Part shown: piece after piece, positions 1 to 7,169 of the stretch
How positions within the stretch are numbered: position 1 is the first letter of the stretch
How the letters are laid out: every line of letters begins with the position of its first letter
Assembly: GCA_040756235.1 (NCBI GenBank)
Contig: JBFLZG010000134.1
Span: forward strand, 65,519 to 90,735
Direction of reading: 5' to 3'
Origin: a bacterium
GTDB lineage: Bacteria > Desulfobacterota > DSWW01
Length of the DNA: 25,217 nt
The notes under the pieces: model-generated
Told to the model about the DNA's origin: nothing
Databases searched by the model: none
The model's input: only the letters and a program-made list of their open reading frames with translations
Program-made: the position numbers and the translations under genes

Positions 1-39
1 GGGGGGGGGGGGGGGCGGGCCCCCCCCCGCGAGCCGATG

Positions 40-83
40 CACCCCTCATCCCGACCTTCTCCCCTCGGCGAGGGGAGAAGGTG
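40..83. repeat. REP-like palindromic repeat, identical 44-bp copy at 21609-21652
   Basis: CACCCCTCATCCCGACCTTCTCCCCTCGGCGAGGGGAGAAGGTG contains the hairpin CCTTCTCCCCTCG/CGAGGGGAGAAGG and occurs identically twice in the window. Confidence 0.85.
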
Positions 84-131
84 GAAAACCTGTGAATGGG
101 TGCGTTGCGTTTTCCCGTGCGGCTTCGCAGG

Positions 132-431
132 CTACTCCCGCCGGCCCGCGCCGACTGGTTGTTCGGAGGAGCCCTTGGAGACAAGAGGGAATTTTTCAGG
201 ATGGCGGATGGATTCCAAGGTCAAGTCGACGTCCAGCTCGGGCCAATACAGATGATGGGGTCGAGGCCGTTCTACGTGAAAGACCGCCTCCAAGGGCGCG
301 GACTTGAACCACGGGAATTCGCTGAAAGGCAAGAACAGCTCCTCGCCGTCGACCATCACCCAAAGTCCGTGCTTGGAGATGTTCGTAATCTCAACGGCAG
401 AAGTGCGCCGTCCAAGCGCTCCTGATTTCAT
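132..431 (-). CDS. DUF2442-family protein (putative antitoxin partner of DUF4160), ~99 aa
   Basis: Start taken at ATG 431 (MKSGALG). Sequence VEITNISKHGLWVMVDGEELFLPFSEFPWF...HLYWPELDVDL matches the DUF2442 pattern (FPWF...W..LD.DL). Overlaps the upstream DUF4160 gene by 41 bp. Confidence 0.8.
   Translation of the reverse strand: MKSGALGRRTSAVEITNISKHGLWVMVDGEELFLPFSEFPWFKSAPLEAVFHVERPRPHHLYWPELDVDLTLESIRHPEKFPLVSKGSSEQPVGAGRRE
140..167 (-). mobile_element. Decayed or truncated attC left half (R'' box) closing the DUF4160/DUF2442 cassette
   Basis: Minus strand TCCGAAC-AACCA-GTCGGCGC. The R'' CCGAAC is complementary to the GTTCGG(C) that opens this cassette at 662-668. No matching L'/R' arm found downstream. 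Confidence 0.5.
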
Positions 432-630
432 CCTCTCGTTCCTCGATGATAAACTGAATCGTTCTGAGATCTCTCTGAGAGAACCCGTGGCTCCGGGCAA
501 GTGAGATCACGGGGTCGAGCCAAAACTTTGCCTCTCCTCTCGGGCTCTGAACATGAACGTGGACGCGGTCTTCCTCTCGAGAAAAGAACAGGAAACGAAA
601 CCCCCGTTCATGAAAGATCGTAGGACTCAT
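391..630 (-). CDS. DUF4160-family protein (putative toxin of a DUF4160/DUF2442 pair), 79 aa
   Basis: MSPTIFHERGFRFLFFSREEDRVHVHV...EAKFWL...W..HF is the typical DUF4160 signature; paired with DUF2442. Confidence 0.85.
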   Translation of the reverse strand: MSPTIFHERGFRFLFFSREEDRVHVHVQSPRGEAKFWLDPVISLARSHGFSQRDLRTIQFIIEEREDEIRSAWTAHFCR

Positions 631-661
631 ATCTTACCACACACCTGTGATCGTGTTGCGT

Positions 662-722
662 GCCGAACGCTCCGCGTGAGCGGCGCGGCTCAGCCGCGCT
701 CCCCTCCACGCGGTAGTTGCAC
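662..722 (-). mobile_element. Integron attC recombination site (61 bp)
   Basis: Minus strand: R'' GTGCAAC, 5-nt spacer TACCG, L'' CGTGGAGG (one extra base relative to L'), central stem GCGCGGC-TGA-GCCGCGC, L' GCTCACG, 6-nt spacer CGGAGC, R' GTTCGGC. Canonical 7/5/8...7/6/7 attC geometry, lying between two co-oriented genes. Confidence 0.8.
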
Positions 723-1919
723 ATCTCGTTCCTGCTCCTTCTCTGCCAATAGGTACCTGGTCAGGTCAACGCCTTTTTCGCCCTTCTTCCTGTGTAGCGT
801 GTACTTCTCATCCTTACGGTAAATGACTACGTGCCAGTAACACCGATCTTGCGTCTGGGTAGTCCATAGCCCCTCGAGCCACTGCTCGAACTCAGAAAAC
901 GGGATCAGAAGGACTCGTTTGCTGCTTCCGCACCCGAATGCAACGAAGGCCTTCGATGCTTGTCGCAGGGTCTCTCTCTGGTGTGGATGGAACGCGAACC
1001 AATAGTTGGGTGCGGTGTCTGGATTGTGTTCCTTAGAGACCGCACAGTTCACGATAACGGCCTTGTCCGGAGATGAATATTGAGCTCGTGTTCGCTTGAT
1101 CAGGGTTTCTTTCACAGAATTCTGGATGCGAGCCATGCACGCGTCGTGAAACGCCACTGGCGTGAACTTCGGCTCCTTGGACTTCTTGCTGATGGGGGTG
1201 ACCCCCTCGACTGTGGCCGCTTCATCCTGTTTGATATCCTCTGTAGTTGAGAAGAGTACATCGACGATCTCGTCGAGGCGCGTGAACTCTCGAGGGACTA
1301 AGATGCTGTGAATTCGTTGGATGATCTGAGGGTCTTCGACTTCCTCTTTGATGGACAAAAGACTTAGAAGTGCGTCTACGCTGATAATTCGGATATCCCA
1401 AGCGTAACGTGACCCACGGATTTGTGCCTCCAGATCTCCTGTGTCCTGCCTGCCGACGACCAAGAGCATTGATGAGGCATCTTTGTCGCCGATAGCTCCG
1501 TTGTCGATCAACGCCTTGCGGTAGTCTGCAATTGTATTGAGATCAATCCGGTAGGCATCAGTTGTCTTGATCTCGGCGACAACTGAATGGCCGTTTGGAA
1601 ACCTCCATAAGCCATCGAACCCAAGATGTTTCGATGTCCCTCGATAACGGCCCGGCGTTACCTCTGCCCCAAGGCGAGCCCCAATTTCATTAACGATGTC
1701 CTGCAACGCTAACCCCGAGTCCGTAAATGTTTGCTTCAAACACTGGTCTGCGTAGTTCTTGAGATTCGAGGTCGAGACGCTCGCAAGGAACGCTCTCAAT
1801 TCAGCCGAGCAGTCGCTCTCGTCGATGAGCTTGCCGGCACCAGCGAAGGCGATCAGTTGCTGCACCTGCTTGTCTGTTACCTGATCCGGCGACTTCTTCA
1901 ACAGATCCAGTAGCGCCAT
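690..1919 (-). CDS. PD-(D/E)xK restriction-endonuclease-like protein, 409 aa (gene cassette)
   Basis: Motif LQDIVNE...GFDGLW...AEIKTT (D...ExK core) plus a second C-terminal domain (SKEH...YWFAFH...YWHVVI). RBS AAGGA upstream. Visibly more AT-rich than flanking genes; followed by attC. Confidence 0.7.
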   Translation of the reverse strand: MALLDLLKKSPDQVTDKQVQQLIAFAGAGKLIDESDCSAELRAFLASVSTSNLKNYADQCLKQTFTDSGLALQDIVNEIGARLGAEVTPGRYRGTSKHLGFDGLWRFPNGHSVVAEIKTTDAYRIDLNTIADYRKALIDNGAIGDKDASSMLLVVGRQDTGDLEAQIRGSRYAWDIRIISVDALLSLLSIKEEVEDPQIIQRIHSILVPREFTRLDEIVDVLFSTTEDIKQDEAATVEGVTPISKKSKEPKFTPVAFHDACMARIQNSVKETLIKRTRAQYSSPDKAVIVNCAVSKEHNPDTAPNYWFAFHPHQRETLRQASKAFVAFGCGSSKRVLLIPFSEFEQWLEGLWTTQTQDRCYWHVVIYRKDEKYTLHRKKGEKGVDLTRYLLAEKEQERDVQLPRGGERG

Positions 1920-1943
1920 CGTTTATCCTTTTCGCGATATGAT

Positions 1944-1963
1944 CTCCAACGCTTTACTCAACA
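1944..1963 (-). mobile_element. attI-like simple site / 5' boundary of the first cassette
   Basis: Minus strand TGTTGAG-TAAAGC-GTTGGAG: L-box, 6-nt spacer and GTT core starting 31 nt before the nuclease ATG. No complementary R''/L'' arm upstream, so not an attC. Confidence 0.45.
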
Positions 1964-2037
1964 AGGTAGATGGGCACTTGAGGCATCGACGGTAGCTCGC
2001 CTTCATTGCCGGCGAGTCGATGGCATAAGTCGATGGA

Positions 2038-2066
2038 ATCATAGGAAAAGGAGAAAAGGGAATCAA
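2038..2066 (-). promoter_or_regulatory. sigma70-type promoter facing the cassettes (Pc-like)
   Basis: Minus strand TTGATT - 17 nt - TATGAT. Confidence 0.65.
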
Positions 2067-2212
2067 CCTTTTCTGACCAAAACGAAGTGATTGTTTAGCC
2101 CGGGTAGGTTGCAGAGGCTCTGGACTCTTCGCGGGCGGCGGGACACTGCGAGGACTCACGGCGCGGGCATTCTAAACCGAAGAGAGGCGCTGGCGGTTGC
2201 AGTGCCGCCGTG

Positions 2213-3550
2213 TCACAGCCCGTAGCGCCGCATCTTGCGCCAGAGCGTGTTCCGAGAGACGCCCATTTCTCCTGCGGCGCGTTTGCGGTTGCCGCCGTGC
2301 CGCTCCAGCAGGGAGCGGATCACCTCGGCCTCGGCCTGCTCCAGCGGCCGGAAAGCGGCCGGCACCGGCCGGGTCGATTCCGAGGCGGCAGAGAGAATGT
2401 GAGGAGGAAGGTCCTCCATCTGGATGGTGTCCCCGCCGCACACCACGAAGGCGTGCTCGATCGCGTTCTCCAGCTCCCGCACGTTGCCCGGAAAGGGGTA
2501 AGACATGAGGGCGGCCATCACCCGCTCGGAGCAGCGGGCGATCCTTCGTCCCTGCAGGGCGTTGAAGCGCTTGATGAAGTGGTGCACGAGAAGCGGGATG
2601 TCCTCCCGCCGCTCGGACAGCGGCGGCAGCGGGATCTTGACCACGTTGAGCCGGAAGTAGAGGTCCTGGCGGAACCTCTTCCTCTGGACCTCCTTCGCCA
2701 AGTTGCGGTTGGTCGCGGCGATGATGCGCACGTCGGCCCTGACCGGCTGCGTGGACCCCAGAGGCTCGTAGGTCTTCTCCTGCAGCACGCGCAGGAGCTT
2801 GGCCTGAATGGCCGGCGAAAGGTCGCCGACCTCGTCGAGGAACAGCGTTCCCTTCTCGGCCCGTGCAAAACGGCCGGGCTTGTCCTTCTTGGCGTCGGTG
2901 AAGGCGCCGCGTTTATACCCGAACAGCTCGGATTCGAGCAGCGTGTCCGGCAGGGCGGCGCAGTTCAAGGCCACGAAGGGACGATGGCGCCGAGGCCCGA
3001 AGTTGTGGATGGCTCTGGCCACGAGCTCCTTCCCGGTTCCGCTGTCGCCTTCGATGAGAACGGTGCTCTGACTGTTCGCGACCAGCGGCAGCATCTCCAA
3101 CACCGACTTCATCGCCGCGCTCTTGGTCAGGATGTCCTCGAATCCGTAGGTGCTGAACAGCTGCTTCTTGAGCGTCGTTTCCGTCGAGACGTCGCGGAAC
3201 ATCTCGACCCCGCCGATGACCGTGCCGCCCTCCACGAGGGCCGCGGTGGAGATGGCGACCGGAAGCTGCCGGCCGTCCCGGGCCGTGACCGTGACTTCCC
3301 AGGCCTCGGTGCGCTCGCCCGTGGCGATGCTCCGCTTGAGGGGGCAGTTGTGCTCGCACATATCGGCCCGGAAGACCTCACGGCACATGCGCCCCAGGAC
3401 CTCGTTCTCGGTGTAGCCCATCATTTCCTGGGCGGCGCGGTTGAACGAGGTGATCCGTCCGGTCTCGTCGACGGTGAAGATGCCCTGCGGGATGGTGTCG
3501 AAGATGAGAAAGAAGAACCGGGTGTCGAGTCTTGTCGCCATGCCCGTCAT
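2213..3550 (-). CDS. PAS-domain sigma54-dependent transcriptional activator (PAS-AAA+-Fis HTH); alternative start 3541
   Basis: N-terminal PAS, Walker A GDSGTGKE, ESELFGYKRGAFTDA, Walker B LFLDEVG, FRQDLYFRLNV, FPGNVREL, C-terminal HTH (GNRKRAAGEMGVSRNTLWRKM). Confidence 0.95.
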   Translation of the reverse strand: MTGMATRLDTRFFFLIFDTIPQGIFTVDETGRITSFNRAAQEMMGYTENEVLGRMCREVFRADMCEHNCPLKRSIATGERTEAWEVTVTARDGRQLPVAISTAALVEGGTVIGGVEMFRDVSTETTLKKQLFSTYGFEDILTKSAAMKSVLEMLPLVANSQSTVLIEGDSGTGKELVARAIHNFGPRRHRPFVALNCAALPDTLLESELFGYKRGAFTDAKKDKPGRFARAEKGTLFLDEVGDLSPAIQAKLLRVLQEKTYEPLGSTQPVRADVRIIAATNRNLAKEVQRKRFRQDLYFRLNVVKIPLPPLSERREDIPLLVHHFIKRFNALQGRRIARCSERVMAALMSYPFPGNVRELENAIEHAFVVCGGDTIQMEDLPPHILSAASESTRPVPAAFRPLEQAEAEVIRSLLERHGGNRKRAAGEMGVSRNTLWRKMRRYGL

Positions 3551-3562
3551 GTATGACACATG

Positions 3563-3611
3563 TGCTCAATTTTTGCAACATCCGGATGTGACATGCTTCA
3601 ATTTCGAGACA
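3563..3611. promoter_or_regulatory. Two 18-bp imperfect palindromes, candidate upstream activator sites for the sigma54 activator
   Basis: TGCTCAATTTTTGCAACA (3563-3580) and TGCTTCAATTTCGAGACA (3594-3611), 31 bp apart and ~135-180 bp upstream of the -24/-12 element. Confidence 0.55.
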
Positions 3612-3745
3612 TCGCCAACTGGTAAATAACTATAGAGATTTTTGCCCCCACGGCATTCTCCCTGCCCCCACGGACTTCTGCAAGTACCTGAAAGACCGCC
3701 CTTTTCCCATGGATCCAGCGGTCTCTTGCAGGCCGGACTCCGGCC

Positions 3746-3761
3746 TGGCCCGTCTCTTGCC
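3746..3761 (+). promoter_or_regulatory. sigma54 (-24/-12) promoter of the tmc/hmc operon
   Basis: TGGCCCGTCTCTTGCC matches TGGC-N7-TTGC (GG-N10-GC), ~80 bp upstream of the tmcD ATG and next to a divergent sigma54 activator. Confidence 0.75.
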
Positions 3762-3840
3762 TGTGACGAAGTGACTCGGCGACCATCAGGCACGGGACGC
3801 GCGTGCGTTCATGCGGCCTCAGCAGAGGAGGAACGGCTCA

Positions 3841-5106
3841 ATGTCTGACAAGGGAAGTTGGGACTGGCAACCCGGGAAGAGAGAGCTTGCCGCCGTGGAC
3901 GCCGTCCGCAAAGAGTACCAGGCCGTGCACGAGCTCGTCGTCAGTCCTGACGGGGAGCGGATTGCGGCCCCGGTCGTGCTGGGGGAAGGCGCCGCATCCG
4001 CCATGGTCAACGGGCAGGTCTGGCCCCGGACCTTCGAGAAGCTCTGGTACGTGCGCTTCGGCGGCAGCGGTCAGCTCATCGCGCTGGGCAGGATCGATGA
4101 CGAGTGGACGGTGGTGGTGGAGGGGGAGCCCTGGGAGGAGCGGTTCGAATTCGCCTGGCAGCCGAAGTTCAGCGCCAACGGCCGGTCCGTGGGCGTGCTG
4201 TACAAGCGCGACAATCTCTACGGCGTCGCGGTCGACGGAAAGCCGTGGGACAGCGGCTTCGTCGCCATCCGGGATTTCTGCCTGAGCCCGGACGGCAGCC
4301 GTGCTGCCGCCACCGTGCAGATCGAGAACCTGAAATCCGCAGATATTTTTTCCTTCTTCCAAGGGGTGTGGTCGGTCGCGGCCGACGGCGTGGCCTGGGA
4401 GCAGAGGTTCGTCAATGCCTGGAGTCCCTGCTTCAGCGCCGACGGCAGCCGGGTGGCTGCCGAGGTCCGCACCGGCAACTCCGAGTACTCGATCGCGGTC
4501 GACAGCCGGCCCTGGCAGGAACGGTTCGGCTGCGTGTGGGCGCCCCTTTTCAGAGGCAACGGTGGTGGCGTCCTGGCGCCGGCCCTGAAGGACGGCAAGT
4601 GGACGTTGATGGAAAACGGGGCCCCCCTGTGGAAGGGCCGCTACAACCAGCTGTGGCACCAGGTCGTGAGCCCGGACGGGAACCGGATCGCAGCCGTCGC
4701 CTCCCCCGCTTTCGGCGACTGGACCGTTGTGGTGGACGACTCGCCCTGGGGAGCCCGCTTCCGGGAGATGGTCCTGCCGCCCGTGTTCTCACCGGACGGC
4801 CGGAGCGTGGCCGTTCTGGTCAAGGAAAACGACTGCTGGACGGTCGCGGTGGACGGCAAGGCCTGGGGTCAGGCCTTCGACATGGCCTGGGACCCGATCT
4901 TCACCCCTTGCGGCACGCACGTTCTGGCCAAGGTGCGGAAGAACGGCGCCCACGCCTGCGCGCTCGACGGCCGCGTCTCGGCTCGCACCTTCGACGAGCT
5001 CTGGGATCCGGTCTGTAGCCCGGACGGCAGGCAGGTCCTCCTCCGCTACATCGAAGGCGGGAAGTATTTCCGCGAGGTCGTGTCCTTGGAGAGGGTCATC
5101 GGGTAG
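3841..5106 (+). CDS. tmcD: TmcD-like Trp-rich beta-propeller subunit, 421 aa
   Basis: N-terminal SWDW motif; repeated W.P.FS[PA]DG..[VI]A and W.V.VDG.PW blades; RBS GAGGAGG before ATG 3841; adjacent to tmcC/tmcB. Confidence 0.85.
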   Translation: MSDKGSWDWQPGKRELAAVDAVRKEYQAVHELVVSPDGERIAAPVVLGEGAASAMVNGQVWPRTFEKLWYVRFGGSGQLIALGRIDDEWTVVVEGEPWEERFEFAWQPKFSANGRSVGVLYKRDNLYGVAVDGKPWDSGFVAIRDFCLSPDGSRAAATVQIENLKSADIFSFFQGVWSVAADGVAWEQRFVNAWSPCFSADGSRVAAEVRTGNSEYSIAVDSRPWQERFGCVWAPLFRGNGGGVLAPALKDGKWTLMENGAPLWKGRYNQLWHQVVSPDGNRIAAVASPAFGDWTVVVDDSPWGARFREMVLPPVFSPDGRSVAVLVKENDCWTVAVDGKAWGQAFDMAWDPIFTPCGTHVLAKVRKNGAHACALDGRVSARTFDELWDPVCSPDGRQVLLRYIEGGKYFREVVSLERVIG

Positions 5107-5136
5107 CCGCTGACAACCTGGTTAAGGAGAGACGGG

Positions 5137-5784
5137 ATGTACGAATTCGTTCGCGGTCCCCTGGTGTGGGTCGCTTTCCTGGTCCTGGTCCTCGGAACGG
5201 CCTATCGGATGGTGTCGGTCTTCCGGATGGCGCAGAAGGAGAAGGGGGTCCTGGCGTACATGAATGGCAAGTACGGGCTCCGCTCCATCCTGCATTGGGT
5301 CATCCCCTACGCCAGCCGCAACACCAGGCTGCACCCGGCCTTCACCTTTCTCTCGTTCCTGTTTCACGTCTGCTTGCTCGTCACGCCGCTGTTTCTGCTC
5401 GGGCACGTCATGTCGTGGAGCGAATCCTGGGGAGTGAGCTGGTGGACCCTGCCCGAAGGATTGAGCGACGTCATGACGATCGCCGTGATCGCGGTCGTCA
5501 TCGTCTTCGCCCTGCGCAGGATCGTCGATCCCGTGGCCCGCTACGTCACGTCCCTCTCGGACTATCTGGTCCTGGCCGTCGTGGTCGCCCCGTTCGTCAC
5601 CGGGCTCCTGGCGCGCTACCAGGTTGCCGACTACCGGACGGTGCTCACGATCCACATCGTGACCGGCGTGGTGTGGCTCGCGGCCATCCCGTTCACCCGG
5701 CTGGTCCACATGCTCCTGTTCCCGCTTTCGCGGGCCTACATGGGAAGCGAGTCCGGCTTCGTTCGACATGCCAAAGACTGGTAG
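5137..5784 (+). CDS. tmcC: TmcC (NarI/DsrM-like membrane b-type cytochrome anchor), 215 aa
   Basis: MYEFVRGPL start, about five hydrophobic helices, His ligands (FH, LGH, IH, LVHM), IPFTRLVHM motif. Confidence 0.85.
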   Translation: MYEFVRGPLVWVAFLVLVLGTAYRMVSVFRMAQKEKGVLAYMNGKYGLRSILHWVIPYASRNTRLHPAFTFLSFLFHVCLLVTPLFLLGHVMSWSESWGVSWWTLPEGLSDVMTIAVIAVVIVFALRRIVDPVARYVTSLSDYLVLAVVVAPFVTGLLARYQVADYRTVLTIHIVTGVVWLAAIPFTRLVHMLLFPLSRAYMGSESGFVRHAKDW

Positions 5785-5820
5785 CAAGACCGCACGGGAG
5801 CTCAAGGAGGAAACCCGAGA

Positions 5821-7164
5821 ATGAAAAAGGCTGTGCTCCTGCATACCCCTGAAAGTGAGGTCGCCGACCCCGGGCTGGATGAGACCACGAAGAATCTCAC
5901 GCCGGACCAGATCGAGAAAGTCGTCAACCGGGTGATGACCCGGGAGGCTGCCGCCCGGTTGCGCGTCTACCTGGACACCTGCGTCCACTGCGGTCTGTGC
6001 GCCGAGGCGTGCCACACGTTCCTCTCGCGCGGCCGGGACCCGGTCTTCGCGCCGGTCGGCAAGGTCAAGAACACCGTCTGGGAGCTGGTCAAGCGCAAGG
6101 GCAGGGTCGACGGCACGTTCGTCCGGCAGATGGCCCGCATCGCCTTCACGGAATGCGGGGTGTGCCGGCGCTGCAGCATGTACTGCCCCTTCGGCATCGA
6201 CATCGCGTACCTCCTCATGCTGGTCCGCCGCATGTGCAGCCTGATGGGCGTAGTCCCGCAGTACCTCCAGGACACGACCAACAGCCACGCGGCCACGAAC
6301 AACCAGATGTGGGTCCACCAGGACGAGTGGATCGACACGCTCCAGTGGCAGGAGGAGGAAGCCCAGTCGACCATCCCGACCGCCCGCATCCCGCTGGAAA
6401 AGGAGGGGGCCGAGATCATGTACTCGGTCATCGGCCCCGAGCCGAAGATTCTCGCCCAGCTCCTGGGCAACATCGCCCTCATCATGCGGGTGGCCGGCCT
6501 CGACTGGACCATGCCGGCCACCGACGGCTGGGACAACTCCAACATGGCCATGTACTCGGGCGACTTCGAGATCATGGGCCGGGTCGAGCGGCTGCACTGG
6601 GAGACGGCCGCGCGCCTCAAAGTGAAGAAAGTGGTCATGGGCGAGTGCGGGCACGCTTTCAGGGGCGCCGTGTACGACGGACCGCGCTGGCTCGGCTGGA
6701 AGTTCCCGCCCATCCCGATGGTGCACGCGATCGAGTTCTACTACGACCTGATCTCGACCGGCAGGATCAAGATTGCGCGTAAATATGAGAAGCCGGTGAC
6801 CGTGCAGGACCCGTGCAACACGGTGCGGGGACGCGGGCTGGGCGAGAAGCTCCGCTACGTCGTCAACGCGCTGTGCGAGAACTTCACCGACGTCTCGCCC
6901 CGGTTCGAGCACAACTACTGCTGCATGGCCGGGGGGGGCACGATCAACTGCGGTCCCCCGTGGAAGAAGTCCCGCATGCTGAGCAACAGGGTCAAGGCGG
7001 AACAGCTGGCGGCCACCGGCGCCGACATCGTCATCACTCCCTGCCACAACTGTCACAGCGGCATCGAGGACATCATCGGCTACTACAAGCTCGGCATGCA
7101 CACCAAGTTCATCAGCGACATCCTGGTCGAGGCGATGGAGATTCCGGAGGAGCTGAAAGGGTGA
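5821..7164 (+). CDS. tmcB: TmcB (HdrD/DsrK-like Fe-S and CCG-domain subunit), 447 aa
   Basis: CVHCGLCAEAC and CGVCRRCSMYCP ferredoxin motifs; GECGH, DPC, CCMAGGG, PCHNC CCG-domain residues; TmcB-type QDT..SHAAT.NQMWV..DEWID.LQWQE segment. Confidence 0.9.
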   Translation: MKKAVLLHTPESEVADPGLDETTKNLTPDQIEKVVNRVMTREAAARLRVYLDTCVHCGLCAEACHTFLSRGRDPVFAPVGKVKNTVWELVKRKGRVDGTFVRQMARIAFTECGVCRRCSMYCPFGIDIAYLLMLVRRMCSLMGVVPQYLQDTTNSHAATNNQMWVHQDEWIDTLQWQEEEAQSTIPTARIPLEKEGAEIMYSVIGPEPKILAQLLGNIALIMRVAGLDWTMPATDGWDNSNMAMYSGDFEIMGRVERLHWETAARLKVKKVVMGECGHAFRGAVYDGPRWLGWKFPPIPMVHAIEFYYDLISTGRIKIARKYEKPVTVQDPCNTVRGRGLGEKLRYVVNALCENFTDVSPRFEHNYCCMAGGGTINCGPPWKKSRMLSNRVKAEQLAATGADIVITPCHNCHSGIEDIIGYYKLGMHTKFISDILVEAMEIPEELKG

Positions 7165-7169
7165 GGCCC

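Noticed and set aside
1..30. Poly-G/poly-C run at the window start as a G-quadruplex or regulatory element
   Set aside because: Low-complexity sequence at the very edge, likely a sequencing or assembly artefact or a collapsed repeat.
1944..2100. A full attC upstream of the nuclease gene (GCTAAAC...GTTGGAG)
   Set aside because: The L''/L' arms are not complementary and there is no extended stem, so it is treated only as an attI-like simple site.
2210..3556. 448-aa plus-strand ORF
   Set aside because: Mirror frame of the sigma54 activator gene.
3788..3803. Second GG-N10-GC sigma54-like element (AGGCACGGGACGCGC)
   Set aside because: It lacks the TTGC of the -12 box; the 3746-3761 site is a much better match.
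6813..7169. N-terminal extension of HmcA suggesting a TmcB-HmcA frameshift fusion
   Set aside because: The extension overlaps tmcB in another frame, is Arg/His-rich junk, and precedes a normal signal peptide.
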